DNA from: a virus
Taxonomy: Duplodnaviria; Caudoviricetes
DNA: 26,713 bases
Reading direction: 5' to 3' (one strand)
Virus record (IMG/VR): IMGVR_UViG_3300043119_000142
Span: 1 to 26,713 of that record
Below are positions 10,401 to 14,845 of this stretch, one piece after another. A program made the translations under genes and the position numbers. The number at the start of each line of letters is the position of its first letter. Position 1 is the first letter of the stretch. Under the pieces are notes generated by a model that searched no databases, was not told where the DNA came from, and worked only from the letters and a program-made list of their open reading frames with translations.

Positions 10401-11823
10401 CATTAAGATCATTGAACACCTATCAAATCTTAACTTTGTAAAGACTATTAAGGCTAACGCAACTCAGTGTGTTCATGATATTATTGTCATTGACCATGGC
10501 AATACAGAATTATCAACCGTACTAGAAACTATTAATAGCAAAGCCGGTGGAAGAAACGTAACAACTATTACTTACAACACTAGCTACTTTGATACTCTCA
10601 AAGAAATCCTCAAGAAGCAGCAAGAGAAGAAAGAACATTACGTTTGGATTTGCTCTAGTGTTTGTGACTATAGCGACTTTGATTTCTCGTATATTTGTGA
10701 CCCATACGCTAAGGATCAACTGCATGTCTTCCCTAGCGGTATGCAAAAGTTCGGAGATACATTCTTCATTGATGTTAACAAGGCTCGTGAATTGATTTCA
10801 GAAATGGAAAAGCTTGACGACTTCCACAAGGTAAATTATAACGCTGCTATTAAAGCAAAACGTTTACCTGAGCCAGTTATTGTTACTAGTAACGACACCC
10901 ATGTAGAAGCAATAAAGAACGTAACAGGATTCCCGTATGCAACTATACTTGTAGGGGATAACATAGACATTGAGGATACTGTTGTTGAACCGATGAATCT
11001 GTGGTCTCCGGAGTCAAAGAACATATTGATTACTAGTACCGGCGGAACTAGAATTGTTGTTCCCGTAGAAGCCAAAGACCATGTGACAACTGAACTTTAT
11101 GAATACCCATATATCAAGCGTATGCCTAAACTCGCAAAGAGCAAGGCACTTGATATTGTGTTCATAAGCAACGGTGAAACAGTAGCGGATCAAAACTATG
11201 AGCAACTGCTAGCAGTAACACAGGGTCTGACTAACAAGGTTCACCGAGTTGATGGCATCAATGGTAGAACAGAAGCAAAACACGCTGCTGCTCAATGCAG
11301 TGAAACTCCTTGGTTCTTCTGTGTGCCAGCTAAGCTGTTTGTTAACAAGAAGTTTGATTGGAACTATCAAGCTGACAGAATGCAGATGCCGAAGCACTAT
11401 ATTTTCAACGCCCTCAATCCAGTGAACGATTTATACTATGGTCACCAATCAATGGTATTGTATAACAAGAATCTGATTCTAGGTAATAAGGGTGTTGGCT
11501 TAGACTTCACACTAGACAGCCCGCATATGTCTGTAGAATTGAATTCGGGTATCGTAGTAGGTGATACTGATGACCACAGCACTTGGAGAACAGCCTTCAG
11601 AGAAGCGGTCAAGTTGAAGAAGTATTCTGAGAACGGTGACGAAGTTGCTAAGCAGAGACTTGATATCTGGACTACTATCGGTAAAGGAACCTACGGTGAC
11701 TGGTCTATCAAGGGTGCATTAGACGGTCTTGAATTCTATGATGAAGTCAACGGTGACCTAGCTCAACTGCGACAGAGCTATTATTGGGATTGGCTCAAGA
11801 CTAGATTTGAAAGTAAGTATTAA
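7468..11823 (+). CDS. 1451-aa tandem-repeat protein with C-terminal glycosyltransferase-like (GT-A-like) modules
   Basis: Ten ~67-aa FDFxWxPDP..PPYIYxWG..KYM repeats. The C-terminal domain DIVFISNGE..RVDGING..H..AA..NPVN.LYYG..WRTAFRE.VKL resembles phage GT-like proteins (from recall). Confidence 0.65.
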   Translation: MLRDVFYYGSKPNVHPREQFAENLADARLKSTTHDFWIINEFCDYRNFDWDFDFELLPDEDVWAEDHNNVWPSQHQKDSGTWLCPKEYSDIIIYRGDVNPVKRKNERTSNWVLLDNIDETKFDFSWHPDPTAPAYVYKWGCKFFPAELKHVLEYHVEGATNEKYMNVIAELLPNSDCWTEHDLINKTKFDMSWRPDPMDPPFIYVWGNKWVDGKLKPTLTYHAPDAVDTKYMPEHIPVLPEWDKWVEIQAVDKNKFDFTWRPDPREPAYIYTWGNKHIAAQDRPTLEYHCDNATDRKYMDEQVSVLPEWDRWKIVQKIDMNSVDFTWRPDPKEPPFTYVFGNELYDAVKMPTIIYNMPDGPEVKYMDTLKAKLAPNVEKFRVLIPIDNDSFDFAWAPDPDEPPYIYTWGNQWNSAEIEPTVELHVDGATQRKFMDARVTVLPDMSRWLEIQEVDKSKFDFSWRPDPTSPPYIYTWGNKWIDAELRPTLEYHCEGAVEPKYMSNDVPVMPESARWKILQTILPDSFDFTWRPDPREPPYTYVFGNELYDAIKMPTIMYNMPNGPETKYVHNITAKLAGNRSLYEHLEDAELEDYSWVPDPDSPPYIYAWGNQWNKPEDKISVQISVPGATEYKYMEQRAIRKPSMNCWEIPDDLSLAAFDFSWEPNPNDPPYIYEFATVWNNRGGPRYVVPGATEYKYIEDIKAVLKPNRANWEISEGVDTASFDFSWVPHPNAPAYIYQFGTKTDNDDGPRYITPNNNGEVVYLERIESTIVVVNQYHIETTLDDLVAQHPNEIFWATRKNIDYSTFDFDWRPGTVEVAWELDYVHVFGSPESELTQTYFISAKHYAEGKTSLKFVEELKLDESTLSKIFAKPDMFFVDRSNRESAARFEALKAKYGTRIQKTRYLNSWVDTVNRCTNRATTEMLWVLNSELDYSDFDFEYYPNPWQMSMVHVFGTQWSHWGTTFMINRETFAEDTKYIKIIEHLSNLNFVKTIKANATQCVHDIIVIDHGNTELSTVLETINSKAGGRNVTTITYNTSYFDTLKEILKKQQEKKEHYVWICSSVCDYSDFDFSYICDPYAKDQLHVFPSGMQKFGDTFFIDVNKARELISEMEKLDDFHKVNYNAAIKAKRLPEPVIVTSNDTHVEAIKNVTGFPYATILVGDNIDIEDTVVEPMNLWSPESKNILITSTGGTRIVVPVEAKDHVTTELYEYPYIKRMPKLAKSKALDIVFISNGETVADQNYEQLLAVTQGLTNKVHRVDGINGRTEAKHAAAQCSETPWFFCVPAKLFVNKKFDWNYQADRMQMPKHYIFNALNPVNDLYYGHQSMVLYNKNLILGNKGVGLDFTLDSPHMSVELNSGIVVGDTDDHSTWRTAFREAVKLKKYSENGDEVAKQRLDIWTTIGKGTYGDWSIKGALDGLEFYDEVNGDLAQLRQSYYWDWLKTRFESKY
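7795..9770 (+). repeat. Ten in-frame ~200-bp (about 65-68 codon) coding repeats
   Basis: The repeat is clear in the translation. At DNA level, ccgttcttcctgaatggga recurs at 8177 and 8378 (201 bp apart), and ttgacttcacttggcg recurs near 8234, 8435 and 9041. Confidence 0.9.
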
Positions 11824-12449
11824 GATTTTTTAAAGACGCACATAAATCTATTGTACATGCTAGTTTTCAACTGACCTGAAAAGATAGGGTCGATGACTCG
11901 ATTCATAGTTATGAATTCGTCTAAGTCCGTACTGCATCTAACATGCTCATCGCAGGAAAAGAAATCGTTTCCTTGAACAACTACGAGTGAACCAGATGGT
12001 ATATTGTCATACCAAATGTCATATGTTTCCTGAGACACATGCTCGGTGCTAGTGTTAATGACTATATCAGCAGTGTCATTGTACCGATACTCTTTCATGT
12101 CAACAGTTTCCGCTTGATACCTCTGCATGGTGTGATATGTTTCATTGAGCTTTGTGCTGTTCGGTTCGCACCACGGGTCAAGATCGATGTTGTAGATTGT
12201 ATCAATATAAAACTTGCTATTCTGAAATAATATGTTAGCCAGCACACCTAACCAACCACCGAAGATGTAGATGTTACTGGGGATGCTGCTATCACAGTGT
12301 TTGTTGAGTATTTCGGACAACCAAATCTTACTATGAACCTGTCCGTCCCAAAACGCATCTAGTCCTCGTGTCCTTTCGGGTTCAGGTAAATCTCTTATCA
12401 TGTTGAACCACTTGATGATTTGGGCACTGTCTAGATTGATATTTGTCAT
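11820..12449 (-). CDS. Class I SAM-dependent methyltransferase-like protein (start reassigned to 12449, MTNINLD)
   Basis: Motif I IYIFGGWLGVL, acidic IDLDP, and ADIVINTSTEH. A TAAATA motif lies 5 nt upstream of ATG 12449. Confidence 0.75.
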   Translation of the reverse strand: MTNINLDSAQIIKWFNMIRDLPEPERTRGLDAFWDGQVHSKIWLSEILNKHCDSSIPSNIYIFGGWLGVLANILFQNSKFYIDTIYNIDLDPWCEPNSTKLNETYHTMQRYQAETVDMKEYRYNDTADIVINTSTEHVSQETYDIWYDNIPSGSLVVVQGNDFFSCDEHVRCSTDLDEFITMNRVIDPIFSGQLKTSMYNRFMCVFKKS

Positions 12450-12454
12450 TATGA

Positions 12455-12460
12455 TATTTA
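12455..12460 (-). promoter_or_regulatory. Putative late promoter TAAATA (minus strand)
   Basis: tattta on the + strand, 5 nt from ATG 12449. Confidence 0.6.
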
Positions 12461-12466
12461 TTTCGC

Positions 12467-12495
12467 TTGACAATGGTAAAAAAGATAAGTATAGT
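12467..12495 (+). promoter_or_regulatory. Sigma70-type promoter TTGACA-17-TATAGT
   Basis: Perfect -35, 17-bp spacer, 5/6 match at -10. Confidence 0.8.
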
Positions 12496-12506
12496 AGAGG
12501 TACAGT

Positions 12507-12641
12507 ATGAAAAATAGTGTTAAACAAGTTGATTATCTGGCTGCATTTGTAGTGTCATTTCCGTTGATAGCAATGTTAGCCTTTTTAACCTATAAGCTTG
12601 CGTTAGAAGTTTGGTGTATTGCGTACGGTTTAATTTACTAA
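12507..12641 (+). CDS. 44-aa hydrophobic membrane microprotein MKNSVKQVDYLAAFVVSFPLIAMLAFLTYKLALEVWCIAYGLIY (not in the ORF track)
   Basis: SD agaggt, directly downstream of the sigma70 promoter, with a long hydrophobic stretch. Confidence 0.65.
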   Translation: MKNSVKQVDYLAAFVVSFPLIAMLAFLTYKLALEVWCIAYGLIY

Positions 12642-12659
12642 GTCTAAAGGAGACTGATT

Positions 12660-13019
12660 ATGAAGAAGATTGTTTCACTTATTACAATGGCTGCAATGCT
12701 TGCAGTTTCTACTCCGGCCGTTGCCAACGGACGACACAATGATAATCGTTGGGGCGTAGATAGCAATCGTAATAGCCCTTATCATGGTAGGCATCACCGT
12801 AACAAAAATCGAATCAACACCGGCGAAGCAGTTGCTATCGGTATTGGTGCGTTGATTTTGGGTGCTGCTATTGCAAATAATAATCGCAATCGTCAGGTTG
12901 TTGAGCGTTACGAGTATCCGCAGTATCGCCGTCAGCCGCAGCAAGTGTGTCAGGATAACATTCAATACGATTATTATGGCAATCCCTATGTAGCTGGTCG
13001 TAACTGCTGGTATCAATAA
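12660..13019 (+). CDS. Exported/membrane-associated small protein with a signal peptide and a Gly/Ala-rich hydrophobic segment
   Basis: SD aaggag. Sec signal MKKIVSLITMAAMLAVSTPAVA, then AVAIGIGALILGAAIA and a C-terminal Cys pair. Confidence 0.75.
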   Translation: MKKIVSLITMAAMLAVSTPAVANGRHNDNRWGVDSNRNSPYHGRHHRNKNRINTGEAVAIGIGALILGAAIANNNRNRQVVERYEYPQYRRQPQQVCQDNIQYDYYGNPYVAGRNCWYQ

Positions 13020-13159
13020 TGAAGCGGCCCGCCAAGCACGAAATAGGAAGATTTGACCGCTGGGTAAAATATTTTCAAGGTTCTGTTCTTACCCAAGAGC
13101 AGATTAAAGAACGAGCAAATCAATTGACTCGGGCAGGAAAAGACCCAGGTACGGTATAA
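13019..13159 (+). CDS. 46-aa hypothetical protein MKRPAKHEIGRFDRWVKYF... (not in the ORF track)
   Basis: TAATG stop/start coupling with the upstream gene; ends 1 nt before the next ATG. Confidence 0.55.
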   Translation: MKRPAKHEIGRFDRWVKYFQGSVLTQEQIKERANQLTRAGKDPGTV

Positions 13160-13160
13160 T

Positions 13161-13313
13161 ATGGTAGTTTGTAGTTGCCGAGATATTAGAGATTCGCAAT
13201 ACAGTACTAAGGAAGAACTTATTGCTCGGTTGTTACAAGATGATTATTGCTGTGGCACATGCCTTGAAGATTTGTCATCTTGTACAAACAAATGTCTTGA
13301 CAACGTAGACTAA
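13161..13313 (+). CDS. 50-aa BFD-like [2Fe-2S] mini-ferredoxin (not in the ORF track)
   Basis: MVVCSC...CCGTC matches the M-x-V-C-x-C ... C-G-x-C pattern of bacterioferritin-associated ferredoxin. Confidence 0.6.
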   Translation: MVVCSCRDIRDSQYSTKEELIARLLQDDYCCGTCLEDLSSCTNKCLDNVD

Positions 13314-13327
13314 ACCGTATATAAATA
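13297..13327 (+). promoter_or_regulatory. tmRNA promoter: TTGACA-17-TATAAA overlapping the late motif TATAAATA
   Basis: TTGACA at 13297-13302; TATAAATA at 13320-13327. Confidence 0.7.
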
Positions 13328-13331
13328 GATT

Positions 13332-13686
13332 ATCAGTTGTTTGATGCAATCTGATGTTTGTGCAGGACCCGGGGGCGGTACCCGGCGCCTCCACCATAGA
13401 CGCATTTGCCTGAAAGGGGAAAGGCAGGGGATATACTCTCCGGTAAATCACTTAGCTTCCTTCTGCATTAGCAGAATAGCTAGATTGAAGTTGGGATCAG
13501 GTCCAACCAAGTGCGTCTATGATGGGGGCGAAATAGGATCGACTGCAAGGCAGAGGTGAGAGTAGACTGATTGGTTGGCCGCATATAAGCCAAAACTGTA
13601 AATGTCGCAGCTAATGACAACAATGTGGATCTTGCGCTAGCCGCATAATCCTGTGAGCCCGGCGGAGCTTAGAAACAGAATCCGCC
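13332..13686 (+). ncRNA. ssrA: Circularly permuted two-piece tmRNA (alphaproteobacterial type)
   Basis: The acceptor piece comes first and ends CCGGG-GGCGGTA-CCCGG-CGCCTCC-ACCA (13396). The coding piece starts GGGGGCGAAATAGGATCGAC (13524). The 7-bp acceptor stem has G3-U. The tag at 13607-13648 encodes AANDNNVDLALAA*. 3' hairpin ggcgga/tccgcc at 13661-13686. Outer ends are approximate. Confidence 0.95.
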
Positions 13687-13699
13687 AACTTACCCCCGA

Positions 13700-13705
13700 T
13701 AAATA
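13700..13705 (+). promoter_or_regulatory. Putative late promoter TAAATA
   Basis: gaTAAATA lies 5 nt before ATG 13711, with no SD. Confidence 0.6.
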
Positions 13706-13710
13706 TTCAC

Positions 13711-14187
13711 ATGTCTTTACTGCCTACATTATTTGTTGACCGACAACCGAATCTTAAATTCGATATTACTCGACTAATTGCAGAATACAATCTCAATGAA
13801 GATAAGATGGAAGATGTTACCAATCACGGTAACGCTGTACTTGTCCAACGTAAGTTTCATATTATAAAGAATAGTGTATACGAGGACGTAAGTTCGATGC
13901 CATACACATCCGAAGTAATTGATTCAGTAATGCAGTTACAAGAGTTCAGTAGTGTAACCTATCGAATAGTATTACCAAACACCTGTTACAATTGGCACAT
14001 AGATACTGGGAAATTCTGTGTGCATATTCCACTTATTACTAATCCAGGATGTAGATTTGTGTACGACACTAGGGCCTTTTCTATGCCTGCTGATGGTTCA
14101 GCTTATGTAGTACACAACGGCATTCCCCATACTTTTATTAATGCAGGAACAGAACCTAGACTGCATCTTACTTTTGAAAATCTTTAA
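13711..14187 (+). CDS. Asp/Asn beta-hydroxylase-like 2OG-Fe(II) oxygenase
   Basis: YNWHID (HxD), VHIPLITNPGC, HTFINAGTEPRLHL. Confidence 0.75.
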   Translation: MSLLPTLFVDRQPNLKFDITRLIAEYNLNEDKMEDVTNHGNAVLVQRKFHIIKNSVYEDVSSMPYTSEVIDSVMQLQEFSSVTYRIVLPNTCYNWHIDTGKFCVHIPLITNPGCRFVYDTRAFSMPADGSAYVVHNGIPHTFINAGTEPRLHLTFENL

Positions 14188-14800
14188 AGGGTTTTCGTTC
14201 TAGTTTATCTATAAGCTCGGATATCTCATCCCAATTAGTGATCCATTGCTCATACGTGCCTGGATTCTTTATAGCCATTTGTTTGTATCTAGATGGTTTA
14301 GTAACACCTAATATATCATATACTTTGGCAGGGTCATTCTTTATATTCTCATAGTCTATGATCGCTGTAAACTTTATTGGCATAGTAGCTAGAATATCGT
14401 AAAACGCTTTAATGTGCCTGTACCTTCTATATAAGTCTTCTTTAGTAAGATGAAAAGACGGAATATGTTCTTGCAACTCATCTATTCTAACTTGATGATG
14501 AGTCGGATATAGATGAAATTTTCCTATCTTAGGATAGATGCACCAACTAAGAGCAGACTCTACCATGTCCCTAGTACTTAATACCACTCTAACGTTTTTA
14601 TCGAGGTGTAATAAACTATTGATAGAATGTGAATGACCTATAGCTAATGCAGGAATCTCTGTTATCTCCTCACGAGGCGTGAGATATTCTATAGGTAAAT
14701 TAGCTTCACGATAAGAACTGTATAGACAATCTATTATGATTTTACTTCCGGTTCTTCCGGGAGAAAGCACTAACCACTTGTCATTTTCACTAAGAATCAT
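14168..14800 (-). CDS. Sulfotransferase-like protein (start reassigned to 14800, MILSEND)
   Basis: 5'-PSB-like loop SPGRTGS, 3'-PB-like LSTRD..ESALSW, and IDYENI. A TAAATA motif lies 5 nt upstream. Confidence 0.65.
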   Translation of the reverse strand: MILSENDKWLVLSPGRTGSKIIIDCLYSSYREANLPIEYLTPREEITEIPALAIGHSHSINSLLHLDKNVRVVLSTRDMVESALSWCIYPKIGKFHLYPTHHQVRIDELQEHIPSFHLTKEDLYRRYRHIKAFYDILATMPIKFTAIIDYENIKNDPAKVYDILGVTKPSRYKQMAIKNPGTYEQWITNWDEISELIDKLERKPFKDFQK

Positions 14801-14805
14801 ACAAA

Positions 14806-14841
14806 TATTTAGTACTATGGGTAGTACCAATTCGATAAATA
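14806..14841. promoter_or_regulatory. Back-to-back divergent late promoters (TAAATA on - at 14806-14811 and on + at 14836-14841)
   Basis: The motifs lie 5 and 4 nt from ATGs 14800 (-) and 14846 (+). Confidence 0.6.
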
Positions 14842-14845
14842 CAAT

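Noticed and set aside
12450-12527. N-terminal extensions of ORF-track calls (starts at 12527, 14830, 25518, 20678 and 23095)
   Set aside because: They run through promoters or neighbouring genes. Downstream ATGs fit the TAAATA spacing or stop/start coupling better.
13366-13396. Apparent tRNA 3' end with CCA
   Set aside because: There is no upstream D or anticodon arm. It pairs with the downstream GGGGGCG, so it is the tmRNA acceptor piece.
13341-13559. 72-aa ORF in the ORF track
   Set aside because: It overlaps the tmRNA acceptor piece, linker and 5' end; the RNA structure explains the sequence.
2906-14800. A true saxitoxin or aminoglycoside biosynthetic cluster
   Set aside because: The enzyme classes overlap, but no SxtA-like PKS, cyclitol synthase, transporter or resistance gene is present in the window, and the context is phage.
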